Assembly: GCF_006345805.1 (NCBI RefSeq)
Contig: NC_043000.1
Location: 96,224,001-96,288,000, forward strand
Reading direction: 5' to 3'
Source: Octopus sinensis
Lineage: Eukaryota
Length of the DNA: 64,000 nt
Under the pieces are notes generated by a model. The model was given only the letters and a program-made list of their open reading frames with translations. It was not told the origin of the DNA and searched no databases. Positions 12,700 to 26,229 of the stretch are shown in pieces; the stretch's first letter is position 1, and each line of letters starts with the position of its first letter. The translations under genes were made by a program, and so were the position numbers.

Positions 12700-13600
12700 G
12701 CTATTTGCTATTTCTATACAGACTGCATATGCACCCTCTGACAGACATTAACACATTCACAGTCAACACTGGAGTTTTCCAAGAGGACATCTTAGCTCCT
12801 TTCTTTTTCATTATAGTCTTGGTCTATGTAGTATGGTATACAATTGTATCTGAACTAGGCATAACTCTGCCTGCTAAGGTGGATGTCCTTTACTATTGCA
12901 CCTCACTGACTTTGTAGATGATACTGCAAATATCTCATATGAAATCACAAGTGCTCAAACTTTCCACACGAACCTGGAATCTGTTGTCATTGGAGTTCAT
13001 CTCTCAATAAACTGCTCAAAAACTAAGACCATAATTGTTAGTGAAAATGATGGTAGGGTAATCTTAAAACTTTCATCAGGGCCCGTTAAGTCAGTTTCTG
13101 ATTTCTATCTGGGTTCTCTTATTTGCTCTACCAGCACAGATGTTAACATTCATAAAGCAATAAGATGGTCTGCATCTGACAAGCTGTGGAGAAATTTAAA
13201 ACGCACCAGACCTGTCATTAGACTTAAAACTACACTTGTTTCATGCTACAGTAGAATCTGTTCTGCTCTAGTATTCTGAATGCCGATCTCTTGCTGTGGC
13301 TCAACAGCCATTCCTGGACAGTACATACACTTGCTTTCTATGCAAGGCTTTTAACATGTCTTATGCTGTTAATATATCAAACAAGTTACCATACGGATTT
13401 TTACTATCTGTCAGCCAGACTCGATCCAAGACTTCTAAAATTTGTAGGCTATTGTTTTTGTTGAACAAATCAACCCGTCACTGCACTTTTTTCTGTCTGT
13501 AACTCCATGGGGTATTCTAATCTGCTAGTCGGGTCTGCATGGTGTATGTCTATGAATTTATGCTATGTGGCCTCAGGACTGCAGTCTCACAGCCTGGAAG
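12700..13600 (+). mobile_element. Decayed non-LTR retrotransposon reverse transcriptase fragment (RTE-like), inserted inside a SINE
   Basis: TGVFQEDILAPFFFIIVL (GVxQGxxLxP motif), LTDFVDD (Y/FADD), LSINCSKTK, DFYLGS; frameshifts and stops; SINE halves at about 12505-12670 and 13655-13850. Confidence 0.75.
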
Positions 13601-13969
13601 GAAATTTGCTTGCAAGTTAGTTCTGTTTAGGCTATGTGATGTAGCCTAAAAAAAGTGTCTGTGTTAGTCCCCTGCCACCACTTGACAACTGGTGTAGTTT
13701 GTTCACATCCCCATGACTTAAAAGTTTGACAAAATGGACTGATAGAATGAGTTCTAGATTTTAAAACAAAGCTAAGTACTGGGATCAATCTATTCAATTA
13801 AACCCTTCAAGGCTGTTCCCCAGTATGGTCATGGTTCAAACGTTGGTATAAGTCATGATACTCTTTGTCTAATAACTAGTTTTGGACCCCAATGAGCAAT
13901 GAAATACAATTCCCTGCTTTTTAATTTCGTACATGTTTCACCATACTTGAGAAGCTCTTTGTGTATTCA

Positions 13970-14196
13970 TTAACCCTTTAGTATTTAAACCAGCCATATC
14001 CGGCCAAAATAGCTAATCTGTTTTATGTTCAAACTGACCAGATCCAGGCTCTCACACCTATCCTACAATGTTATTCTACATTAAGTAATTACACCATCAA
14101 GATCTTGAAGATATGAGATAATGCATGATTAATTCAAATCAATGGGAATCAATAAACATTATGTTTGATAGAATAATCTGAACACTAAAGGGTTAA
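13970..14196 (+). mobile_element. piggyBac-type MITE family 1 (about 220 bp)
   Basis: TTAA-CCCTTTAG...CTAAAGGG-TTAA; copies at about 3746-3857, 9905-10080, 17827-18220, 29745-29922, 32709-32912, 35234-35438, 50914-51111 and 54415-54626. Confidence 0.8.
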
Positions 14197-14236
14197 GGAC
14201 ATTCATGAAAATATCTTTTTGTTTCCTTGTTAACAG

Positions 14237-14471
14237 ATTGGCACATTTGGTGGAATGCTTGCGGAACAATGGTGACTGTGTCTTGCTGGATAGAGCCCCT
14301 GGAGGTCCTACTTCAATGATGCAATCAGGGATTAGTCAGGCAAGAGAATATGATGATCCCCCTTGGCTACATGAAAAAACAGAGAATTTACTGAGAGAAT
14401 GGGTGAATATGTTTCATTCTGCGGCTGCAGGAAGAGACAGTACAAAAGCCTTCACTGCATTTGTTCAACAG
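14237..14471 (+). CDS. CNOT1: CNOT1 exon (start of NOT1 C-terminal domain)
   Basis: 235 nt; LAHLVECLR...[13 protein letters not shown]...[28 protein letters not shown]. Confidence 0.95.
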
Positions 14472-14574
14472 GTAAATATATTTTTTCTTGCTTCTTTTAT
14501 TTGACTCAGATATACTACTCAGCATTTGAAAATCTAATTAACCATCCTTGTGTCTCTTCTTTTTCTGTCTTTAG

Positions 14575-14811
14575 ATGCATGTTCAAGGTATACTGAAAAC
14601 TGACGATTTGATAACAAGATTCTTCCGATTGTGTACAGAAATGTGTGTTGATTTGTGTTATCGAGCTCTTGGAGAACAACTGCTCAACCCAACATCAATT
14701 CGAACGAAATGTTTCCAAACACTAGATGCTTTTGTTCGGCTCATTGCCCTCCTTGTTAAACATTCTGGAGATGCTGCAAATACTGTGACTAAAATTAACT
14801 TACTTAATAAG
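14575..14811 (+). CDS. CNOT1: CNOT1 exon
   Basis: 237 nt; [25 protein letters not shown]...TKINLLNK. Confidence 0.96.
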
Positions 14812-15722
14812 GTCAGTTATGTTTTCATGCCTACTTTCATCTTAACAACATATTTGGTTTTTAGATTGGTAACAATAGTTTTGAGTGATAAAATTAGTTG
14901 AAGCTAAATTTTATTTTGTTTTAACCAATTTTGCTTTGGTGTGAAGAATTTTCAAAAGAGCTCTTAACTTTGATTTGTAACCTTTAGTAAATGATACTTG
15001 TCTTTTAAACAATATGCTCATTTTTAAGCTTCGCTTTTAAAAACATTTTACTTTTTCCAGTGATTAATCGAAGTTCATATTTGAGGTTGAGCATTGAATG
15101 ATTTCTGGTTCTTACAAAATTGCTTATATAAATGATTACAACTGTTTAATAAATTTCATGATTCAAAATTGTAAATAGAAGATTGAGTATAACATTGGAC
15201 AAAATACCTGGTGGTACTTAGTTACATTGTAATCAACTTGGCCTGAAAATTCTGTTCTTCAATATGGCCACAGTTAACTGGACCAATGACAGAATATTTT
15301 TTATTGAATTAATATATTTGAAAAAGAATTTTTGTAAATAACTTTTAGTACTACTATTCAAAATAAAGGGGATTATGTCCAAATTTGATTAATTTTCAAG
15401 CTAACTATTTATTAACTCTTTTGTTAGTATATTCCTATTGAAATACACTGCTTTTGTTTTAACTAATTTTGAAAAGAGCAAAGAATTTAGAAATTCTGGA
15501 ACATAAATTTACTTCAAATTTTCAAAGAAAATATTGATTTAAATCACTTTAAAACATGTAGTTTGTATTCCGGGACCAGTGGTAGTTTTGGTTGAGTTGA
15601 TATCAAAAGGGTTACAGGAAATTTACTCAAGTTATTGTTCAGCTAAAATATCAGATATATTACATTCATAGAATTTTTAGGAAATCAAGACGAATGGTTT
15701 TCTTTTGATTCTGTTTCTTTAG

Positions 15723-15886
15723 GTTCTTGGAATAGTGGCTGGAGTGTTGTTACAGGATCATGAAATTAGGCACACAGAGTTTCAGCAAATGCCGTATCAT
15801 CGTATTTTCATAATGCTGTTTATAGAATTAAATGCTCCTGAACCTATTCTTGAGGCTATCAACTTTCAGGTCCTTACAGCATTTTG
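15723..15886 (+). CDS. CNOT1: CNOT1 exon
   Basis: 164 nt; [33 protein letters not shown]...VLTAF(C). Confidence 0.96.
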
Positions 15887-16659
15887 GTAAGTCATCTTTT
15901 GGTTTTGTAGAACTTGAAATATTGGTCAGTATGACAATTACAGAAATGTTTGCACTATTCTAAAAAAAAGGTGCAGCAAGTAGTGATTCATAAACGAGTG
16001 CTACTTAATTACATTGTAGCAAGCTTTTGCTAATTGTTTTTAGGTACCAACACATAGTTGTGAGCAGACAGATACTTTTATCTCCACCTTACCTTTGATC
16101 TAGTGAAAATCCAGTATGTGACATGTAGTGGGAGAGAGGTTGGGCCAGGAATTGAACCCAAGATCTTAGCCAAAACCCTTAATCATTCGGTTGCCCACCT
16201 TCGTATCAATATAAGTTGTAATGTGTAGACAAAAGAGTGGACTGCATACTTATATATGCTAGCATGTATATATTTTTATTGAAAGGGAATTTAATCAAAT
16301 GTAACAATAGACATTTTTTTCTGCTTTTATTGGATGCCTTACTCAAGAATTAACACAAAACGAAACTGGTGATAGTAAAAAACAAGAAACTAGTCAGTAG
16401 TTCTTAATTCTCAACAGAATGCTAGCTTCAATAAACCATTTAATGCCTATTTTAGAGCTTTTTTTTTTTTAAGCAAGAAAAGAATAAGTAGATTAGCAAG
16501 ATTTTTACAGTGCTCTTTAACGAGAGCAGTTCGAGTTTCTAACCAAGCTAATTCATGTACCTGTGAAAGTTGGTCTCTGTATTCTTTGGTATGTGTATTT
16601 TTATTTCCAGATTAAAGGTATTCTAAACAGCCATTTTTTTTTCTTTTTATTTTCTCTAG

Positions 16660-16777
16660 CAATACATTCCACATTCTTAGACCTGCACGAGCACCTGGTT
16701 TTGCATTCGCTTGGCTGGAATTGATCTCTCATCGTGTATTCATTGGAAGAATGCTTGCCCTAACACCACAACAGCGA
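16660..16777 (+). CDS. CNOT1: CNOT1 exon
   Basis: 118 nt; [39 protein letters not shown]. Confidence 0.96.
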
Positions 16778-18480
16778 GTAAGTACATTTATTTATACAGA
16801 TACAAATTTTACATGTAATTTATGAAACATGTTCATTAATACTGATGGTACTGTCTACAAAGTACAGCCTGTAGGCTTATCTTCAAAATAGTCTTTGGTT
16901 AATTATTGAACATTAAATTCAGTGTTCATTATCCTTGCTAAAGACACAATTTTGAATTTGATTTAGTTAATTGAGAAAAACAATATTGATGAAACCTCTT
17001 CATGCTAGTGTGTGTGTCTGTGTGCATACAATAATGTAAAAATGATGAAAGTAATTTTGGATTTATTGTAAATAAATGAAACTGTTGTGTTAACATTTCT
17101 GTTATACAAGAGCTGTGTACTTGGGCTGTCCCTTGGGTGTTTTGCAAATTCATTCTACATGTCTTTATCCAAGATATTAATGCAGTATTAAATTCTACTA
17201 CATTAAAAAATTTCTTTTAGTCATTTGGTATTGTTTGCCAAATGAATAATTTTTTTAAAAATCACCCAAACAATATATTTTGATTTGAGTAAAAAGTAAC
17301 TGGAAGATGATAGTGTTACAAAAGTGTGCAATATTCAATATCTGGAAGGATAAAAATATTGAAAAGCATTTATGGTTGTATTCCTAAAATTTTATCACTG
17401 TTGCTGTGTTGGCAGTCTTGTGATAAATGTATTTAGTTTTGGGATTCTTTAAAATTGCTAAATCAGCAGAAATAATCTTGAAATATAGCTTAAACTCAAT
17501 GTTTCAGTACATGTTAGAGGAGACTGTCTACAAAAATAGGCAAAAAGTGACAGCTTGTGGTTTAGTAACATTTAGATTATATGAACTAACTTTATGGATA
17601 TATTTCTTTGCCTTTGTTTTAAAGGGTAGTGAAATATGGGCAAATGATAAATAACCAGTCTATGTATTTAGATTGGTGTATCTTTATTTCTAAGTTCAAA
17701 ACTTCTCACTTTGACCATCTGGATGGGATAAAGCATATAATTGGATATGTAAATGTTGATTAGCTCTTTTGAAACTAACTCACCTGAGACCACCCCTAGT
17801 TCTATGATACTAATTTCCTCTTTTAACCTTTTACCTCTTGTAATACTCTGTCGAATATAATGCTTATTTATTGACATGCATTATTTCATAACTTCAATGC
17901 TGTAATTGTTTATTTTCACTATGGCATTGTAGAGTAGGTGAGAGGGGCCAGATCTGGCCAATTTGAACATAAAACAAGTAGAATATTTGGGTCAGAGTGG
18001 CTGTTTTAATCCTTAGCATTTAAACCAGCCATATCTGGCAAAGATATTCTACTTGTTTTACGCTCAAATCAGCCAAGTCTGACCTCTCACATTTATCCTA
18101 CAATGTCATTCTAAAACTATGCAATCATCATCGAAATTTCAAAGCTATAAGATAAAGTATGGTTAATCCAAAGCAGTGTGAATAAATAACTATTACATTT
18201 GGCAGGACTGAATGTTAAAGTAAAACCTCCCATCAAAATTTTATGTTAATTTATGTTCCAAACACCTGCTTAAAAACAAGTTATATTCAATAAATCCTTC
18301 ATTATTTTCGAACTTCATTGAAACACAGGCTGTGCAATTTTGACAGAAATATGGTAACAAAAGGATTAAATCTGCTACATTTAAAAAAATTTTGTAGTAA
18401 ATATAAAGTACATGACTTGAGTTTTTGAAAGACATTTTGTTTCCTAGTTAATAACTGAACTCTTCATTTTCTGTTTTTAG

Positions 18481-18582
18481 GGCTGGGGGATGTATGCCCA
18501 ATTGTTGATTGATCTATTCCGCTATCTTGCTCCGTTCCTTCGCAATGCAGACCTAACTAAACCAACACAATTACTTTACAAG
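18481..18582 (+). CDS. CNOT1: CNOT1 exon
   Basis: 102 nt; [34 protein letters not shown]. Confidence 0.96.
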
Positions 18583-19180
18583 GTAAGCTGTGCATGTCTC
18601 ATTTCTCTCTGACTCTTTAACTCCTACTGAAATACAAATATTTTCTCTCTTATACAGCCGCGCTCATCAAGCAATTTACTTGTGTATGTACTTTGGAGAC
18701 CTGTTTAGTGTATTTGCTGCAGGGGCTTCTCTTTGCTTCTCAAAAGAGACTTTTGGAATTTTTTAGTTACAGTTTTGAATCTGTCCAGGACTCCGTTTAC
18801 AATTAGAATTGTTTTGCCACAGCAACTGCTGTGAATTTGCCATTGCAAGTTAACATACCTTAACTACAAGTTTGTTTATTCCTAATCACTGCTTGGGGAT
18901 TTTATATAAATATGGGTTAGTGTTGCACTTGCGATCTAATGGTTGTAATTTCAATTCCTAGACAGTGTTGCATTGTGTTCTTGAGCAAAACACTTCATCT
19001 TACATTGCTCTGCAATCACTTCGACATCTGACAAATGGCACACTGTTCACCTGTTCAGACAATGTTGATTTGACAGAGAGTTAGCCATGTGGCATGAACA
19101 TTTGATCACTATAGACAAATCATTTGTGCAGGTTGTCCGGCAAATGCTGAATGTTCTCATATGTTGTCTTTGACAGGAGT

Positions 19181-19185
<5 letters not shown>

Positions 19186-19263
<78 letters not shown>
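19186..19263. repeat. (TA)n microsatellite
   Basis: Read directly; others at about 21919-21955, 47865-47897, 53617-53650, 59083-59108, 60320-60379 and 60830-60867. Confidence 0.95.
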
Positions 19264-19268
<5 letters not shown>

Positions 19269-21178
19269 ATTTGATTAAAAATTTTTTTTTCACATTTACC
19301 TGCTAAATACATGACAAATTTTAATCAGTTTGGATTGTGAATCATGTATTTCTGTGTATTTGTTTATGTATGTTTGGGAGTTTATTTCATTTAGTTGCTG
19401 GCATCTGTTTCATTTCCTAGCTTTCTTCAGACAAATTCCAGTATTTCGTTTTGTTTTATCTTTACGGTACAGCTGTTTCTTTCTATTTTATCTTTTTGGT
19501 ACACTTGTTTTATGTAAATTAAGTTCAACTAATAGATAATCCAGTAATTTGCACAATTTTGTTGTATACTAATTTAATATTAGCTGATAACTGATTTTCT
19601 ATGTTGATTTAAATTCAAATAATGTTATATTTTGTTGAATTTGCCTGTAATTAGATTAGATATGAAACAGATTTGTAAATTGTGTTGATAAATAAACTTG
19701 GTTGTTTTATGAAACAAGTCTATATTCACAATTATTGTAGAATTTAATTGAAACACATAAGAGGTGTATTTTGGTTTGAAATGTAGTAACAAAAGTGTTA
19801 AGACAAATATTCACTTGTGCATTCAATTCTTCTGGTTTTGTTGCCAATTTCTTTTTTCTCTTCTTTACTGGACGATCTTCACTTTGGTAGCAGTTTAGCA
19901 TTGGTGTGCTAGTGTAGCTTATTCGGCCATCTAATTAGGTTAATCAACTAACTTTAATGGTTTGAGTGACTTTAAAAGCATTCATGTGTTCAATATTCTC
20001 CAAGGTTTTACCTCGTTTTTAATTACCCTTATCACTTACCTGTTGGCTTGTATTTGTTCCACTGGTAGTATGCTTTATTTTTTTCTTTTTCTGCTTTCAT
20101 ACTTTGAGTTCACTTAGTTCTCAAGTTTTTTCCCTTGTCATTTACACTGAACATTTGTCTCATTTTCAACCTGCCATTTCTCAAATCATTTTGCTTTGTA
20201 CTTAATCAGCATTTTACAAAAGGAATAGGTTATATTCTCTTCCATATAATGTAGGACATTGACAAACTGTCTTTTTCTAAGAAAAGTAGACTTGGTACTC
20301 TGACCTTCTAGGTACTGTTCAGTTCATTCATTTTATTGACTCCTTCAAAACTTTTTTTGTGCTGATGGAATTATCATCATAGTGGATATTGTATAGCTGG
20401 ATGCCATCCTATTGCCAACCTTTATCGGCTTCCAAGTGTGGTAATCTTTCTCTTTGGCTGGATAGGTTTTTACGACAGATTGAAAACAATGGACACCGCT
20501 TGTATGACAGTGATGTTTAAGTACAACTTTCCACGCAATGTCAAGACGAGGAATAACATAGCATATATATATATATATATATAAAACCTAGTATTTTTTT
20601 TTTTAATATCATGTGATTGGTTTTATAAGAATTGTGTATGTGTGAAGTGTGGGGCAGGCAGCAGATTACATAATCCCAGTATTGCTTAAATGTGGATATT
20701 ATTTTGGCCTTCATTATTGGTCGTTAATATCTAGAACAGAATTAAGGCAGTGAGCTGGCAGAATCATTAACAAGCTGGGCAGAATGCTTAGCAGTATTTC
20801 GTCCTTCTTTATGTTCTGAGTTCAAATTCTGCTGAGGTTGATATTTTTTTCTTTCATCCCTCCAGAGTTGAGTAAGTACCAGTTTAACACTGGGGTTAAT
20901 GCAATTGACTTACTCCTTCCCACAAAACGACTGGCCTTGCCAGACTTTGAAACCTAATTCTAGAATAAAACTAACTAGAATTTTCCTTTTTTTTTTTAAA
21001 TGCAAAATATATTGGATTTGTTGCAGTCTTCTCAATATGAAACTTACTATTTTCTAATAGTAGGTTACCTGAATCTTTCAAATCAAACTATTTACATTTT
21101 CTTTGGTAAATTGTATTCAGTAAATTTTTAATATTGTCAATTTTAACCTCATAGATATGGTTCGGTCGTTGCTTTCAG

Positions 21179-21436
21179 GGAATGTTGAGGGCTTTGCTGG
21201 TGCTCTTACATGACTTCCCAGAGTTCCTCTGTGATTACCATTATGCATTCTGTGATGCTATTCCACCCAACTGCATACAGATGAGAAATCTCATTCTGAG
21301 TGCCTTCCCTCGTAATATGCGAATGCCGGATCCTTTCACACCAAATTTAAAGGTTGATGTACTCCCAGATATTGGCAGACCACCAAGAATCCTCACCAAC
21401 TTCGCTAATATGATCCAACCAGAGACATTTAAAAAG
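21179..21436 (+). CDS. CNOT1: CNOT1 exon (Not1 domain)
   Basis: 258 nt; [22 protein letters not shown]...[27 protein letters not shown]...FKK. Confidence 0.97.
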
Positions 21437-21595
21437 GTACTTTCAATCACATTTTTTTCTATATCAATCTCAAAATTTTGTAATGTCCACTTTTCAGTGC
21501 TTGTTGTCAACCTTAATCTGTTCCCAGGCAAGCTAATGTTTTCCCATGGCCTGGCATGTTTTCATGGAAGATTGGGAATAGGGGACTCTGTATGA

Positions 21596-21670
21596 GTGTG
21601 TGTGTATGTATGTATGTGTGTGTGTGTGTGTGTGTAATGTATATGTATGTGTGTGTGTGTGTGTGTGTGT
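21596..21670. repeat. (TG)n/(TATG)n microsatellite inside a SINE
   Basis: Read directly. Confidence 0.9.
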
Positions 21671-21916
21671 CTTTATATTAAATGATAGCCATTATGTAAT
21701 ATCAAGACAGATATACACAACAGATATGATAGGCTACTTTCATTCTCCATCTATCAAATCCATTAACAAGGCTTTGATTGGTCTGGAGTTATTATTGAAG
21801 ACACTTGCCCAAGGTACCATGCAATGAGATTGAATCCAAAACCATGTGGTTGGGAAGTGAATTTCTTAATCGCACAGCCATACCTACACCTACCACAGCT
21901 ATGCATGTATATATAA

Positions 21917-21956
<40 letters not shown>

Positions 21957-22512
21957 CTATTTGAAATTTTGCTAATTTCAATTGCTTCAGACAATTTCAG
22001 GATAGTGTCATACTATTTCAATCAAATTGTTTTTTTCATCATCATTTAACACTTCTGTTTCCATGCTTGGATGGATCAAATGGAATTTGTTGAGGCAGAT
22101 TTCCTGTGGCTGGATGTCTTTCTTATTGCCAACTCTCACTTCTATTCAAGCATGGCAATATTTCTCATGGTCAGATATGTTTTTCACAGAATACCAGAAA
22201 CAAACATCAGTTCCATGACAGTTCAGGTCAAGAGTACACCTAAACACATGCATGTGTGCACACGTATTTGTGTGTGTATGTATGTGTACACACACTATGA
22301 TAGGCTTTATTCAGTTGTCATCTACCAAATCCACTTGCAAGGTTTTGGTTAGACTTGAGCTATAGTAGACACTTGCCCACAGTGCTGCACAATGGAACTG
22401 ACCCTGAGACAACAAGGTTGGGAAGCGAACTTAAGCACACAGCCACAAATAGTAAATTCATGTCAGTAAAATACATTCATTGGAATTTAATTTTATTTAT
22501 TTTCTCTTACAG

Positions 22513-22581
22513 GATCTTGATTCTTACTTAAAATCAAGATCTCCTGTTACCTTTTTGTCAGACCTTCGGAGCAACTTACAA
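22513..22581 (+). CDS. CNOT1: CNOT1 exon
   Basis: 69 nt; [23 protein letters not shown]. Confidence 0.95.
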
Positions 22582-22802
22582 GTGAGTCTTATTCCTTTTT
22601 TTTTGTCATTCTTTTGGATGTTTACAAATAATATTATAAATATAAAAGCATAAGTTTCATTTGTATCAATTTAGCTAAGAGTTGTTTCGTTACAGTAACA
22701 ACAGAGTACCCGTTTGTAATGCCTGCTCTACAAATATGTTAGTGTTATCTTTACCATGTCATAGAGGAGTTGCTCGTGGAATTCACAGGTGCAAATTGTT
22801 TT

Positions 22803-22942
22803 GTTGTCTGTAGCATAATTCTAATGATGTACTTTTCATTGCAGTACTATATGCTATAATAGCAGAAAAAGCTGCTGTTAAATAGTCACTTCAGGTACAA
22901 ATAGATATACTTGTATCCAAAGTGGCTATTTACAACACATTT
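22803..22942 (+). ncRNA. Candidate intronic structured RNA (H/ACA-like or pre-miRNA-like)
   Basis: Hairpin, AGAAAA (ANANNA, 22864-22869), second hairpin with 19 of 21 positions paired (22880-22931), then ACA-ttt; pocket spacing is non-canonical. Confidence 0.3.
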
Positions 22943-24502
22943 GAAAATATACAACCTAATGTTTCAGTGTTACTATTTTCTGTAAAAATCTGATTTATGT
23001 ATAATATAAAAACAAAAGATAAAAAAAAAATTGAGTGTAGTTTTTCAAGATTGATAATAGAAAAATATGAAAACAGTGAACTAAAGGACGAAGACCTCCA
23101 TAAAATTTGAATAAATAAAATAAATGATCAAAAATTTACTTACTCTATGCATATATGCATATATAAAAAAAAAAAAAACATGGTAAGTGCTACAGCTTGT
23201 AATTGATTCATTCCTGTCTCTTATACACTTTGCGTAATTTTTGCATGTTCTTTTACTTTTTGTATTACCTTACTTGGTATCTATTATGAGCATTGAAAAC
23301 ACTATTTCTATTTTTCAGTTTTTTCCCTGTCTAAATGTGAAACTTCCAAGTTGATGGACTTCATATTTTGTTAATTAATGCTCTTTATTGATAACTGATC
23401 TTACTACTTATACACATCAGTATGATTTTCATTTACAATACATGCATTAAAACCCAAACTATATTGTATCTTATCTCTCTCATGTATATAATGAGAGAGA
23501 GAGAAATGGGGGTAAGCAATTAATCTGCAGAGAAAATATATAGTTATAAAAAAACTTTGGCAAATGTTTTCAAATTACATGTCCTTGATTGATTATATAC
23601 TATTCCAGATTAATACCAGTAGATACCTCTAGTGATTATCTTTCAGAATTCAACCTGTTCCTTTTATTAAAAAAAAACCTTTATTAATACTATTCAGGAT
23701 TCTTTCACTGTTTTCACAATGATACAAACTACTTTAGCATTTCCCTAAGGTTTTAGTAATAAATTCAGAGAAGAGAAACTGTTGCAGTAAATATGATGGC
23801 CTGAGTAAAACAGAGGTTGCTAGTCAGTTACAAGTCTGCTGCTGAAATAGTTATTCAGAAGTTATTTTACTTCCCCATATAGACTAATCATTGAGTAGAT
23901 TTGCATTACTGTAGACTTTGATACTTGTTGGATTTAGCAGAATACATTGTATAAATTGTAAAGACTTTAGGAGCCAGTTGTAGCTTAGCATTTGAATTAT
24001 AAGCATTGTAAAAATTATTTCATAATGTATTTATGAAAGCATGTGACTTTATCATGTCCAGGATTAATTTTTCAGATGATTTGCAGTTATTAGTCATCTG
24101 TTTTTTTTTTTTCAATTTTCTTGTAAGAAATCATTGTTTAAATTTCTTTTTTGCCTGTTAAGGTAGGAAACTTACATGATTTTATTTTTTTGTTGTTGTT
24201 TTCTAGTGTGCCAATTAAATATACTGGTATTTAGTTTTATTTTACAATTTTATAAAATGAGCTGATATTTAGCCATTTTTGGAAAATTAGTATCCTTTAA
24301 ATAATATAAACAATAACATTTTTTCTACACATAACTGGTAATTTATAAGAAATCATTTTTTCCTAATTGTCATCCAGTTTTCTATCTAAATCTATTTTGC
24401 TATTGAGTAACAAATTAGATATTACTTTCTTCTTGTATTTACTTTCTTATTGCAGTTTTATTTTGAATTTATTGAATTTTCTAATTTCTTTTTTTTTTCC
24501 AG

Positions 24503-24813
24503 TCAACTGACCCTGGTTCCAAGTACAACATATCTCTAATTAACGCTCTAGTGCTTTATGTTGGCACACAAGCTATAGATTACATCCATAACACTGGTTA
24601 TAAACCAAGCATGCGAACAATTGCTCATTCCTCACACATGGACATCTTTCAGAACTTGGCTGTTGATCTTGATACCGAAGGCCGGTACTTGTTCCTCACT
24701 GCCATAACTAATCAACTGCGCTATCCAAACAGTCATACACACTATTTCAGTTGTACTTTATTGTATCTATTTGTTGAAGCCAATGCAGAAGCAATTCAAG
24801 AACAAATAACTAG
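24503..24813 (+). CDS. CNOT1: CNOT1 exon (Not1 domain)
   Basis: 311 nt; [25 protein letters not shown]...[14 protein letters not shown]...IQEQIT(R). Confidence 0.97.
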
Positions 24814-26094
24814 GTATGCTTTCTCTCTTTAAACATTTCTTTAGTTTTTGTTATATCATCGGCATTTAACATGCGTTTCCCATGCTGGCATGGATTGGAC
24901 AATTTGACAGGATCTGGCAAACTGCAGGGCTGCAGTAAGGTCTAGTGTTAGCTTTGGCATACTTTCTGTGGCCAGATGTCCTTCCTGATGCACAACTAAC
25001 ATGTATCACTGTCTTAATTGAATCTAGATGATGTGAATGAAGACTTGAAAATACACCTTTAAATCTGAAACCTTATTCCTATATTTTTTTTTTTAAACTC
25101 TTTTTAAATAGTAATCGGAGATAATCTAACCTCTTAGAATTTCCATTTAAAAAATTTTTTTAAGTTGTAGGTAGCATTTGTACAAAATGTTCTAAATTAA
25201 AGTGTTTTAAATCGGTATTGAGCTGCATTACTAGAATGAAACTGGATTAAAAGTCTTTGATGGTTTCATGTTCTCCATTGATTTAATCAAAATAATGTGC
25301 ATACCTTGTGGTCTCATTGATCATACTAATAAACATTTCTTCATGAAAAAGTGGAAAACAGGTTTTGCTTTTTAGTTCAGGGTTTTTGTAAGGCCAACAT
25401 CACGAACAAAATCATTTTGATAAATCCCAATACCACTTAGATTGCTGGTGTGTGCATATGCCTCTAAAATATTGCTAATAATTTTCTCCAAGTTCAAATT
25501 CTCTTTCAGCAATTAAATCATTAATCAATAAACCTTTTTACTATAGGCACAAGGCCTGAAATTTGAAGATGGGGGTATCTAGTTGATTACATTTACTCCA
25601 GTGCTCAAATAGTACTTATTTCAACTCCTGAAAGGACAGAAGGCAAAGCTGACTTCAGTGGAATTTGATGTCAGAACAAAATTCCAATAAGCATTTTCTC
25701 CAGTGTGCTAAAGATTCTGCCAGCTCACCACCTTAAATCATCGATAATAATAAATCGGAAGGCATTCACTGACAGTTCTTTTAAGATGAAGCTAAGCTTT
25801 GTTTCTTGCACAAATTACATAGCTCCTGTTTAAACAACTACATTTTTCTGAATTGCTATTACATATGAATTGAGATTTGGTAATATTTGCAGTTATTTGT
25901 AGGACAGAATGTTGGATTAAATAATCACTTAAATTTATATTTTTCAAGCTGTTAAACAGCTTGAATAAGTGTAGTGATTAAATTCTAGCATTTCCATTTG
26001 TTTTAAATATACTGGTCAAATGAGCAATATTATAAAAAAAAATATTGATGTTATTATTACTCAAGATTGCTTTCAATTTAATATTTTGCTTCAG

Positions 26095-26229
26095 GGTCCT
26101 ACTTGAAAGACTAATAGTGAATCGCCCTCATCCATGGGGTCTGCTTATAACATTCATTGAACTCATCAAAAACCCCCAGTTCAAGTTCTGGTCTCATGAA
26201 TTCGTGCGTTGTGCTCCTGAAATTGAAAA
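26095..26229 (+). CDS. CNOT1: CNOT1 penultimate exon (GC donor)
   Basis: 135 nt; [27 protein letters not shown]...CAPEIE(K); frame requires the GCAAGT donor at 26230. Confidence 0.93.

Noticed and set aside
16511-16617. Possible poison exon (16511-16588) and 7-nt microexon (16611-16617)
   Set aside because: Only splice-like dinucleotides; the intron after the microexon would be 42 nt; no supporting evidence
18658-18708. Strong-looking acceptor 75 nt after the exon at 18481, reading PRSSSNLLVYVLWRPV*
   Set aside because: No similarity to CNOT1 that I recognise and an ambiguous donor; needs RNA-seq
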